Of a DNA stretch of 64,000 bases, positions 38,827-48,228 are shown piece by piece. Origin of the DNA: Chloroflexota bacterium (GTDB lineage: Bacteria; Chloroflexota; UBA11872; VXOZ01); assembly GCA_964291655.2 (NCBI GenBank), contig OZ219802.1:1280001-1344000 (forward strand), written 5' to 3'. The position numbers and the translations under genes are program-made. Below the pieces are notes generated by a model that was given only the letters and a program-made list of their open reading frames with translations, ran no database searches and was not told the DNA's origin. Position 1 is the stretch's first letter, and each line of letters starts with the position of its first letter.

Positions 38827-40860
38827 GTGACAATCGCAACCGACCGTGTAACCACCCATGAGCTGACGTTGCCTCAAGAACTCGTCCTGATGCTCCTCAA
38901 TGAGGAGACCGGCTACTTTCGCCAAGTGGCCGGCTGGGACCTCAACTGCGCCATCATCGGCGGCGTATTAGCGGAACTCTCGCTGAGAGCCCGTATTGAC
39001 ACAGACATGGAGTCTCTCAAACTCCTGGATCCGACTCCGACGGACAATCCAGTCTTGGATCCAATTCTGGAAAAGATTGCCGAGGAACCGGAAGCACATA
39101 ACGTGCAGTATTGGATCGAGCGGCTTGTTTTTCGCGCCCCGGCAATCGTCGACCAGATCATGGAACGCTTGGTTGAGTTGAAGATTCTGGACTACCACGA
39201 CGGTGAATTCTGGACGCTGTCCCGGTCTTCGTGGCGGACGGAACTGTACACCGACTTCCGTGAAGTCACTGCGGCGGAGTTCGTCGAGACACGCGTGAGC
39301 CGGGCGATCTTCGATAATGAGATTCCCAGCCCACGGGATGTCATCATCATCGCCCTTCTCAATACGTGCGATGTCCTGCGCTTCATATTTCAACTCGAAG
39401 AGGCCTCAGAGGAGCGAATCCAGACTATCTGTAGGATGGAGTTGATTGGCCGGTCCATCGCGGATGCGGTAGCCAACAACTTTGCCGGAGGCATGCTCCG
39501 GCGCTCCGCCCTTGCCAAATCGATTCCGGTTGTCCCATTGCACAAGGTTTTGCTGAATCCGCATTTGCGCAGCGGCAACATTGCGGCGATCTTTGCGGAA
39601 TTTGGAAATGAGTACGGCCCGGTGTTTCAGTTGCGCCCGCCCTTTTCCGAGCCACTGTATTTCATAGGCGGGCCCCGCGTAAATCAATGGGTGCAACGAA
39701 ACGGGCGGCAGTACCTACGGGCGCGGGATTACTTTGCCGACTTCGAGAAAGTCTTCGGCGCGTCCGGGCTCATACCCGCGGTGGATGGGGCCGACCACTT
39801 CCGGCTGCGCAAGGCCATGTCACCGGGGTATTCACGCGAGAGATTGGAAGCGCAACTGGATGAGGTCTATGGCAACGCCCGCACGTATATGGCGGATTGG
39901 AAGGTCGGTGACTCTTACTCTGCGCGGTCGCTGTGCCGGCGGATGATCAATGCGCAAATTTCGCCGTTCACCGTCAGCATTGATTCACAAGACATCGTCG
40001 ACGATCTCATGGCATACAAAGAACGGGGCCTCTGCACACACGTCGCGCGGGTTCTACCCAAGTTCATGCTCTATACCCCCGGCATGAGACGCCGGGCGAA
40101 AATCGTCAATGAGGTGACGAACCGGGTCCAGCAAGTCCATACGCCCGCCCAGCGCGCGGGTCGTCCACGGGATCTTGCGGATGACCTTCTCAGCCTTCAG
40201 GCCAGCGACCCGCAGTTCCTGCCGGAGTCGAATATGCCGTTCATGCTCTCGGCGCCGCTGCTTGCCAGCATGTACTTGGGCGATGCGCTGAGCTTTGCGG
40301 TCTACGCCATGGCGGCGCAGCCCGAAATCTACGCACGGATACAGAAAGAAGCCGACGCCTTGTTTAGCGATGGCGATCCCCAGGGCAAAGACTTCACCCT
40401 AGAAGCACTGGACGTGACGCACCGCTTCATCATGGAGGTCATGCGCATGTACCCGGTCGTGCCCATGTCTATTCGCAACGTCATGAACGCCTGCGTGGTG
40501 GAAGGCTTTGAGTTGCCGGTGGGCGCGCGGATCCATATTGCTACGACCGCCTCACACTACATGGAGAAGGCCTTTCCCGAACCCTTCAAATTCGACATTG
40601 AACGCTATACGGCGCCGCGCTTTGAGCATCGCAGCCGGGCGTACGCCCCCTACGGCCTGGGTACGCACACTTGTCTCGGCACCCGGTTTATGGAGCGGCA
40701 ACTGACAATCAACCTACTCATGATCGCGCACTACTTCACGCTCGAGGTATCCCCCGATAAGTTCAAGCACAAGCTCACGTTCAGCCCGTTCCCGTCCAAC
40801 AAACCGAGCGGAAAGCTGAAGTTCGTCATTTCCGATCAGAGACGCGAGATAAACGTCTAA
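38827..40860 (+). CDS. GPP34 (GOLPH3/Vps74-like) domain fused to cytochrome P450
   Basis: N-term LTLPQELVLMLL..GGVLAELSLRARI; C-term EVMR (ExxR), PFKFDIERY, YGLGTHTCLG heme ligand. Confidence 0.85.
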   Translation: MTIATDRVTTHELTLPQELVLMLLNEETGYFRQVAGWDLNCAIIGGVLAELSLRARIDTDMESLKLLDPTPTDNPVLDPILEKIAEEPEAHNVQYWIERLVFRAPAIVDQIMERLVELKILDYHDGEFWTLSRSSWRTELYTDFREVTAAEFVETRVSRAIFDNEIPSPRDVIIIALLNTCDVLRFIFQLEEASEERIQTICRMELIGRSIADAVANNFAGGMLRRSALAKSIPVVPLHKVLLNPHLRSGNIAAIFAEFGNEYGPVFQLRPPFSEPLYFIGGPRVNQWVQRNGRQYLRARDYFADFEKVFGASGLIPAVDGADHFRLRKAMSPGYSRERLEAQLDEVYGNARTYMADWKVGDSYSARSLCRRMINAQISPFTVSIDSQDIVDDLMAYKERGLCTHVARVLPKFMLYTPGMRRRAKIVNEVTNRVQQVHTPAQRAGRPRDLADDLLSLQASDPQFLPESNMPFMLSAPLLASMYLGDALSFAVYAMAAQPEIYARIQKEADALFSDGDPQGKDFTLEALDVTHRFIMEVMRMYPVVPMSIRNVMNACVVEGFELPVGARIHIATTASHYMEKAFPEPFKFDIERYTAPRFEHRSRAYAPYGLGTHTCLGTRFMERQLTINLLMIAHYFTLEVSPDKFKHKLTFSPFPSNKPSGKLKFVISDQRREINV

Positions 40861-40899
40861 TGCACCATGGATCGCCCGAGAAACCGGGAAGGAGAGGGA

Positions 40900-41937
40900 C
40901 TAAACGGGCTTAAGAGCCAGGAAACAATATAGCGGCGTGAAGATCCCGGTCTTGCCGCCCGCGACGTAGGCGTTGGCAGTCCGATCCAGCAGCTTGACGA
41001 CACGGGCGGAGCCCGATGGGAACACCCCCAGCACCTCGGCCAACCTGGATGCCCCGAAAACTGCCTTGCGGCCCAGCGGAAGCCTGATAAGGGCGTTGCC
41101 GAGCGTTCCGTGCCGGGTCTCCATGGGCCGATACCACGGCGTGGTCGGACCGTTCTCCCCAACAGCCCGATCCCTCCCTTCTATGACCTGAAAACCCGCC
41201 GTTTCGAGGTCGCGGTTTACCTCGTCCATCGTCGCTATTTCTTTGAGCGCGATCCCGTGCATCAGTTCTTTCTCAATAGCTCGATGTCGCTCGTCACCGG
41301 GATTGAACTTGCTCGTCATGCACATTTCCTGGCCCCAGAACAGGGCCCCGGGTTTCAGCACGCGGTAGATCTCGGCAAACGCGCCCGCCTTGTCCGGCGC
41401 ATGGCACGTCGATTCAATCGCGTACCCCCGGTCGAATGTGTCGTCCGCGATAGCGTCCATGTTCATGAAGCTACACGCGAGGTAGTCGATCGCATGGTCG
41501 AGTCCCGCCTCGGCGTCCAACGATCTCGCCTTGTCCAACTGGATTTCGTTGCTATTGACCCCGACTACCCTGACTCCGGCCTCCCGGACGACGCGGCGCA
41601 GCGGGCCGCCGACCCCGCAACCGACATCGATCACCGTCATGCCCTCGCGCAACTCCAACTTGGCGATCATCAGCCGCTGGTGACGGATCTTGGAGTCCTC
41701 CAGGCTTTCATGGGGCGACAGCGGTGCGAAGTGAAGGGACTCACCCCAACCGAACTCCATGAACTCGCCGCAGAGGTCGTAGTATTCCTTGACGGTTTCG
41801 GTGTGGTCGTAGCCCGTCGGGACGGCGTCCTCCACGTGTGCTTTGTCCATCCAGCCATCGAAGCGATTCACGCGACTGTGGACATCCGTTCCACGGTATT
41901 GAGCCTTCAGCCGGTTGGATAGTTTGCGGATTTGCAA
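40900..41937 (-). CDS. Sterol 24-C-methyltransferase-like (ERG6/SMT family)
   Basis: YYD..., MEFGWGESLHF, IDVGCGVGGP, YAIESTCHAP, IYRVLKPG, PWY, GGKTGIFTP. Confidence 0.88.
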   Translation of the reverse strand: MQIRKLSNRLKAQYRGTDVHSRVNRFDGWMDKAHVEDAVPTGYDHTETVKEYYDLCGEFMEFGWGESLHFAPLSPHESLEDSKIRHQRLMIAKLELREGMTVIDVGCGVGGPLRRVVREAGVRVVGVNSNEIQLDKARSLDAEAGLDHAIDYLACSFMNMDAIADDTFDRGYAIESTCHAPDKAGAFAEIYRVLKPGALFWGQEMCMTSKFNPGDERHRAIEKELMHGIALKEIATMDEVNRDLETAGFQVIEGRDRAVGENGPTTPWYRPMETRHGTLGNALIRLPLGRKAVFGASRLAEVLGVFPSGSARVVKLLDRTANAYVAGGKTGIFTPLYCFLALKPV

Positions 41938-41964
41938 GGATCTTTCCTTTGCGGAGTACTGTTC

Positions 41965-44424
41965 CTACTCGTAGCGCCGCTGCACGGCCTCGATTTCCAG
42001 GTCCAACTCATCCGCCCAGCGCTTCACCTTGGATCGCAGCCGGACATTCTGGTAGGCGCCCCAGATTGTCATCGCAGGTGGAACCAGCAGAATGGACACT
42101 AACAGCGAGTAGAGGATCGTGATGGATGCCGCAATTGCGAACTGCTGGGAAGCAAGCAGGGGCGAGGCAATTAGCGCGCCAAGTCCGAGCGCCGTCGTGA
42201 GCGCGGAACCCAACAGCGCCGAACCGGTGGTGGCGAGTGTCCGAATTGCCGCTTGCTCCGGGTCCCGACCGCGGGCGTATTCCTCCCGGTAGCGATGAAT
42301 CACGTGGATGGTGTAGTCCACCCCGATACCTACCGAGAGCGCCGTGATGATAGACGTGACGAGCGAATAGGGAATATCCAGCAGCGCCATGGTGCCCAAC
42401 ACCGAGATGAGCACGAGCACAATCGGGCCCACCGCGATGACGGATAGCACCGGCTGGCGCACCGTGATCCAGAAGAAGAGCGCCAGCACGCCGAGGGCCA
42501 CCGCGATGGTGGTAGTAATCGCTTCTGTCTGCCGTTCAGTAATGGCGTCCGTGATTGTGATACCAATGATGCCCTCAGATGTTGCTGCGATAGCGTTGTC
42601 ATCACCGATCCAGAGGTCCTCCAGGGACTCTTGGATTTGCTTCGCCTGATTGGTATCGCCCGAGTAGGCCGGGAACTGGATCAGCATTGCGTCAGTGCCG
42701 GCCGGATCGTTAACCAGGAGATACGAAAGCGTCGGGTCCAGGGATTGGAGCCTGTTGAGGAATTCCTGCATCAACCCGGCATCAAGTCTCAGTCCCGCCG
42801 AGGCTTCTTGGAAAAGGGCGGCAAGTTCAGAATCGTATTTGTCGCCGGGCTGACCGCTGTCGTGTATCCAGTCTCGCACGAGGAGCTCATACGATGCCTG
42901 GATTGGTCCCGCCGCGGCGGCGGGACGGCTCTCTTCGTCCGCGAAGGCAGCGGTCAAGTCCCGCAGGTTCAACAGCGTGCGGGTCTCTGTGGCCTCCGCT
43001 CTGATGAGCACACTAACTATCTCCGTTGAGCCGCCAATTGCCGCATCAATGGTGTCCAAGTCCGCCATCAGGGTGCCCCCTCTGGGCAGAATGTCGCGGA
43101 TGTTGAACTCAGACTTGATCCCTGTGGCTGCGTACCCCAGCGCGAGCGTAACCCCAAGCACAACAATGAGGTACGGCGCAGGCGCGCGCGTGATACTTTT
43201 GCCCAGCACGGTCGCCAATCCCTCGATTCCGGGCAATGCCGTAGCTACCAAGCGAGGCTGCTTAAGATTGCCCCGGGCTTCCCGCTGCCGGTCGATGATC
43301 GTCCGGCCGGCCGGAAGCAGCGTAAGCATCACGATGAGAGTCATGCCCACACCCAGTCCTGCGATCAAACCGAAATCACCAATGATTCCTATAGGGGAAA
43401 ACAGACTCACCAGCAGGCTCACGATTGTCGTGACGGCGGCCAGTACCAGCGGAATGGTGACTTTGCGCAGTCCGATCTGGGCGGCCGGTACCACCGCCTC
43501 GCCTTCGTGACGCTGCTCCCGGTAGTGCGAGACGATCTGAATCGCGTAGTCGACCGTAAGGCTGATTACGATGATCGGCACCATCGCGGTAAGCTGGTTT
43601 GGCGGTCCGGTGATGCCCAGCGCGTAGGGACCCAGCCAGCCTTCCACACCAACGATCCACATCAGCGAAATAAACAGACCGGCCAGCGTGAGCAATAAAT
43701 CAGTCAACGTACGCAGGAAAAGCAGGATTAGCCCCGCGATGAGCAAGAGCGCCAGCCCGATCAACGGCCCCATGCCTTCTTGGGTAGCTTTCTTGTACTC
43801 GTCCTCGATTATCGCGGGTGAAACGCTGCTCACCTGCAGCGTACCCTCAGACGCGGCTGCAAGTTCGTCAATTTTGCGTTCAGCGTCGTCAATGCGCTCA
43901 TCACCCGTGTCCCGCAGACGAACAATGGCAATCGCCACCTCTGTACCATCCGTATCGGTGCCGGTCAGGGCGTCAAGCGCCGCCTGAATCTCGGGTGGGC
44001 CGCGGGCCGCGTTGATTTGCTCCTGTGTGATGGACGTGACGTTGTCCGTTTGGAGCACAGCCTTGATCAACAACACGGGCGCGACGAGGGGATTGACCGG
44101 CGCGAAGAGCTCCTGAACGGCAGGATCGGCGACGATCTCGTTGATCAGGGCATCCATCTGCGCCAGACCGTCAGGCGTCAGCGCGTCTCCACGGAAGATG
44201 AGCGTCACCACATTGGCTTCGCCGGATTCGCCAAAGAGCTCATCGATTTCAGCAATGGCGTCGGCAACGGTACTCCCTGGAGGAAGTATTGCCTCGTCTC
44301 CGGGAGGAGGCGCACGCCGTACCGCCCCGGCAGTCAGGAAAACGGTTATGTTCAGGATGACGAAAATCGTGATCCAAGGGCGGGCTGTAACAAAGCGGCT
44401 CAGCCTACCAAGTTGATTCTCCAT
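41965..44424 (-). CDS. MMPL/RND family lipid transporter
   Basis: Two 1+5 TM repeats; LTVDYAIQ..YRE and GIGVDYTIH..YREE motifs. Confidence 0.88.
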   Translation of the reverse strand: MENQLGRLSRFVTARPWITIFVILNITVFLTAGAVRRAPPPGDEAILPPGSTVADAIAEIDELFGESGEANVVTLIFRGDALTPDGLAQMDALINEIVADPAVQELFAPVNPLVAPVLLIKAVLQTDNVTSITQEQINAARGPPEIQAALDALTGTDTDGTEVAIAIVRLRDTGDERIDDAERKIDELAAASEGTLQVSSVSPAIIEDEYKKATQEGMGPLIGLALLLIAGLILLFLRTLTDLLLTLAGLFISLMWIVGVEGWLGPYALGITGPPNQLTAMVPIIVISLTVDYAIQIVSHYREQRHEGEAVVPAAQIGLRKVTIPLVLAAVTTIVSLLVSLFSPIGIIGDFGLIAGLGVGMTLIVMLTLLPAGRTIIDRQREARGNLKQPRLVATALPGIEGLATVLGKSITRAPAPYLIVVLGVTLALGYAATGIKSEFNIRDILPRGGTLMADLDTIDAAIGGSTEIVSVLIRAEATETRTLLNLRDLTAAFADEESRPAAAAGPIQASYELLVRDWIHDSGQPGDKYDSELAALFQEASAGLRLDAGLMQEFLNRLQSLDPTLSYLLVNDPAGTDAMLIQFPAYSGDTNQAKQIQESLEDLWIGDDNAIAATSEGIIGITITDAITERQTEAITTTIAVALGVLALFFWITVRQPVLSVIAVGPIVLVLISVLGTMALLDIPYSLVTSIITALSVGIGVDYTIHVIHRYREEYARGRDPEQAAIRTLATTGSALLGSALTTALGLGALIASPLLASQQFAIAASITILYSLLVSILLVPPAMTIWGAYQNVRLRSKVKRWADELDLEIEAVQRRYE

Positions 44425-44735
44425 TGCACTCCTCTCAATCTGAGAAAGCCCCGTAACGCGACGGGAACTGCCTCTCGACTCCGACCCAATGTGATACTGC
44501 TACTGCGGTTCGGCACGTCCTTGCCGCAGCTTGTCCCACTATCCCTCTTTAAGCTGCATCCCTGGCGGGCTGGTAGCCCGCCGGCGCCAGCCAAGTGTCG
44601 TCCGGGCGCATTGTCTCTCCGACAGACCACCCTGCCGGTTACCGAATTCCTTCAGCAAGAATGACACAAGATCTACCACCCAATTCGATCATGCGCCATT
44701 CAGTCCCGTACCTGACACCTGGCACTATACCGTAT

Positions 44736-45701
44736 CTAGTTGCGCTTGACGCGCTCGAAGTAGTTACATGCTATGACGTTGAGCGGCCCTAGGCGCTGCT
44801 CAACCTTATCGAGCAATAGGTTGAGACCCACATTATCGCACGCGCCATGGGGCATGCGCACCCAGCCCATACCGAGTTCTTCCGCTATCTTCTGGTGCTC
44901 AGGCGGGCAGCCAATGGTGACGAACGTGCCGACTCCGGCCTCCCTCAGCAGCGGGATCACCTCAAAGGGAAACATCCAACCACCGCCGTCCTGGTGGAAG
45001 ATCCGGCCCGCCGGCTGCTCGGCATCACCTGCCATAATGCGCGGGATCGCGCCAATGCGCGCCGCACCTTGGAACTCCGGGAGCGCCAGCAACGCCTGCA
45101 CCACGTCTCCCACCGTCTCCGCGTTCGCTGCCGCGATGGCGCCGCGCACACCCCGGCCGTGATGGAAGTCGGCGGGCGTATGGATGCACGCCAGCGGAAA
45201 CTCCAGCAGTTGCGCCATGTCGATGCCGTTGCGGTTGAAGTCCTCGGCGTAGTTCCAGCGGTCGGTCATCATGTCCGCGATGTGGGGCTCGGCGTCGGCC
45301 CGGGCAACACCCGCGCCTTCAAGCAGGTCCACGAGATAGGGCACTGTATCATAGATCAGCGTATCCGCCGGTACCCCGATGCCGTTGGTATGGTGGGAGA
45401 TGACGGCATCGATTCGCGTGCCGTTGGCGCGCAGATGGTCCGCCAGCAGAAGCTCCTGCGTGCCGATGTTTATGCCCATGAGGATGGTATCGAGTTCCGT
45501 GTCCTCCGGGCCGTTCACGATGCGCACGTCGCCGTAGGGATTGTTGAAGCGCTCCTGGTCGTAGTACGGCTTGCGCCAGTCCGCCAGCGCTGTATACTCC
45601 TGCCGTCGCCGTTCAAGCTGGCGGTCAAGGGCTTCACGCCCCCTAGGATCGACCTCACGGCCGATTTCGATGGAAGTTTCGTAGAGCTCGCGTAAGGTCA
45701 T
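44736..45701 (-). CDS. NIF3/DUF34-like protein (paralog 2)
   Basis: Same motifs as paralog 1; its start overlaps the paralog 3 stop (ATGA). Confidence 0.78.
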   Translation of the reverse strand: MTLRELYETSIEIGREVDPRGREALDRQLERRRQEYTALADWRKPYYDQERFNNPYGDVRIVNGPEDTELDTILMGINIGTQELLLADHLRANGTRIDAVISHHTNGIGVPADTLIYDTVPYLVDLLEGAGVARADAEPHIADMMTDRWNYAEDFNRNGIDMAQLLEFPLACIHTPADFHHGRGVRGAIAAANAETVGDVVQALLALPEFQGAARIGAIPRIMAGDAEQPAGRIFHQDGGGWMFPFEVIPLLREAGVGTFVTIGCPPEHQKIAEELGMGWVRMPHGACDNVGLNLLLDKVEQRLGPLNVIACNYFERVKRN

Positions 45702-46666
45702 CGCTCGTTACGCCTAATTCGCTCGAAGTAGTTGCACGGAATGACATTGAGCGGTCCCAAGCGGCGCTCTACCTCATCCAGCAGTAAATTGATGCCAATG
45801 TTGTCGCACGCCGCGTGGGCAATGCGCACAATCGCTACGCCCGCCCCCTGTGCCGCTAACGCTTGCGTCGGTGTGCACCCAATTTGCACCACGGTGTTCA
45901 CGCCTGCCTTGCCGAGCAGCGTGTACGCGTCCGGCGGCAAGCCGTACCCGCCGCCAAACTTGAGCAGCATGCGCCCGGCAGGCCATCTTGCTTCCCCACT
46001 CATCACACGCGGCTCAACGCCAATATGCGCCGCGCTCTGCACCTCCGGTATCACCATGAGCGCCCGCACCACGTCAGCAACGGTCTCGGGCCTTGCAGCT
46101 TCCACCACAGGCCGGACGCCTTCGCCAATGTAGTAATCTGCCGGCGTATGGATGCAGGCCAGCGGGAAGCCGAGCAACGCTGCCATGTCGGGGCCCATGC
46201 GTGCCGTATCTTCAAGCGCCTGCTCTTTTTCCTCGATGTAACGGTTGATGCACGCCTCGGCGTCTCCGCGCGGCACGCCTTCACCTGCCAGAAAATCTAT
46301 CGCTACCGGCATGAAGTCATGTACCAGCGAGATAGCGATGCCGATACCATTGGTATGGTGCGCGATTACGGCATCGATCTTGGTACCCTTGCTGCGCAGC
46401 CGGTCGGCCAGCAGGAGTTCGTCGAGGCCGATGTTGATGCCGAGCAGGACTGTCTGAAGCTCCACGTCCGCCGGGCCGTTGACGATACGCACGTCGCCAA
46501 AGGGATTGCGAAACCGCTCTTGATCGTAGAAGGGCTGCTCCCAATCGGGCAGGGCTGCGTATTCCGCCCGGCGCTGCTCGAGTTGCTGTTGAAGAGCTGC
46601 CTCTCCCCGCACGTCAAGCGCCATGCCGAGTTGTATTGAAGTCTCGTAGAGTTCTCGCAGTGTCAT
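45698..46666 (-). CDS. NIF3/DUF34-like protein (paralog 3)
   Basis: MTLRELYE, NPFGD, IAHH, CIHTPAD, HAACDNIGINLLLD. Confidence 0.78.
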   Translation of the reverse strand: MTLRELYETSIQLGMALDVRGEAALQQQLEQRRAEYAALPDWEQPFYDQERFRNPFGDVRIVNGPADVELQTVLLGINIGLDELLLADRLRSKGTKIDAVIAHHTNGIGIAISLVHDFMPVAIDFLAGEGVPRGDAEACINRYIEEKEQALEDTARMGPDMAALLGFPLACIHTPADYYIGEGVRPVVEAARPETVADVVRALMVIPEVQSAAHIGVEPRVMSGEARWPAGRMLLKFGGGYGLPPDAYTLLGKAGVNTVVQIGCTPTQALAAQGAGVAIVRIAHAACDNIGINLLLDEVERRLGPLNVIPCNYFERIRRNER

Positions 46667-46988
46667 GTTGGCACTCTTCGTTTCGCTAACTTGCACCTAT
46701 TGTAGCGCATTGGCAAACCGCAGCCGAAATCGAGGTGCGTAAAGCCCTTGGCAAGGTGAGCAAACAGCTTTCCACCTGGCATTTTGCTTGAGAGAGCACC
46801 CGCTCCACGCAGCCATGGCGGCTCAAGTTGCACACTACGAGCGGCCGGCAGTTGTGCGGTCAGTCCTCATACAGGCTAATGGGGGCAGCAAATCAGCATT
46901 TTGGCGCTCTCACCCGACAAATGCGGGCTCTATCGTTTAGAATTGCGTTGTAGCATGAATGCCGCATCAAACACAAGGATGTGACACG

Positions 46989-47471
46989 ATGCAAATCGCG
47001 AACCAGTATTCGTTCATCTTCATCGGGGTCTTCGTGGTATCACTTTGCATTTTTGCCGCCGCTCAGTGGTTTCCGGGGACCATTGGCTTGCTGGCTATAC
47101 TCCTCTCGCTGGTTGGCTTCATTGCGATTGGCTCGGTCTCGCGGTATCGAGATGACGATACCAGTGGGACTCCGCCGGATGCCCTGATCGGTAGAGGACT
47201 GCCGGTGCTGTTAGCCGTGTATTCTAATTTCTGAGCGGGGTGCCTTGTGGCACGCCCCATCGTCGATGGGATAGAACGCGATCTTGGCGACGCAGTGCGG
47301 GTCATCCGGCTGAACCGGCACACGCCGGCGGGACGGGCGATTACGGCCCGCCTTGGCTTGCGCCTGGTGCCGTCCTTCGTGGTCTTCGACGGGCAGGGCG
47401 AGGTACGGCTGCGCAAGGATGGCATTGTGATCAAGCACCAGCCGGTGCTGGATGCGCTCGGCCACGAGTAG
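46989..47471 (+). CDS. Probable selenoprotein: membrane-anchored thioredoxin-like, UxxC
   Basis: ORFs in frame across TGA 47232-47234: VYSNF-U-AGC-LVARPIVD...VPSFVVFD; two N-terminal TM helices. Confidence 0.8.
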
Positions 47472-47742
47472 CTGGTCCTCTTCTCGGCCAACGGGACGCG
47501 CGGCGTGATTGCAAATTCGCCGTCCCAGCACCGCTTCTCCGGGCCCTGCCACGGAATCAATAACTCCTGCCGCGACGACGCCCCACCGCCACTCGAGTGC
47601 TGAGTGCGGGAGGGATACGCTGCCTGCATCAAGATGGAGCAAGCATTCCTCCTCGTTTTGGAGTAACGGCCTGATCCCTATTTTCGCAGTGTGCTATAGT
47701 TTCAATACAACAATGGGAAGACGGTCGGAACGGATAGACGCA

Positions 47743-48228
47743 ATGCGGTTCGTCAACCAGTACTCCTACCTCTTATTCGTAGTCTTTGTCCTCCCTGCCA
47801 GCGCGGTGGCAGCCTATTTTTGGTTGCCGGAGGCTGCTGGCTTGGCGCTTGTAACGCTGGTTGGCCTTGGTCTTGTCGCCGTGGCGTACCTCCTGCGCTA
47901 TCGTGAAACGCACCTCACCGACACCGCGGCATTGGATGGGCTCATCGGTAAGGGCTCGCCGGTCATTGTCGTCTTGTTCTCCCACTACTGAGCGAAAAGC
48001 CTCGCGGCACGCCCCACGGTCGATGGGATTGAGCGAGAATTCGGCGAGACTGCGCACATCGTGCGGCTCAGCCAGCATACGCCCGTCGGACGCGCCTTCG
48101 CGGACCGTCTGGATATACACGCGGTGCCATCCCTTGTCGTCTACGACGAGGCGGGCGAGGAGCAACTGAGGTTCATGGAGAGCATCCCCAGCCCGCAGAA
48201 GCTCGCTGCCGCGTTGCAGCAGGAGTAA
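47743..48228 (+). CDS. Probable selenoprotein: membrane-anchored thioredoxin-like paralog, UxxS
   Basis: Reading through TGA 47989-47991 gives LFSHY-U-AKS-LAARPTVDGIER...VPSLVVYD to TAA 48228; aligns with 46989-47471 on both sides of the UGA. Confidence 0.78.

Noticed and set aside
40900-41937. Cyclopropane fatty acid synthase or generic UbiE methyltransferase
   Set aside because: Has the SMT-specific GWGxSxHF, IExTCHAP and C-terminal IFTP motifs rather than Cfa motifs.
35720-44424. De novo sterol or hopanoid biosynthesis cluster, or classical steroid degradation cluster
   Set aside because: No cyclase, squalene synthase/epoxidase, kstD or hsa genes are in the window. They could exist elsewhere in the genome.
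46959-48228. Pseudogenes or split ORFs caused by nonsense mutations
   Set aside because: The TGA falls at the catalytic Cys position in both paralogs and in the 6.6-kb gene, with intact downstream frames and SECIS-like hairpins. Other genes end in TGA normally, so this is not a genome-wide code change.
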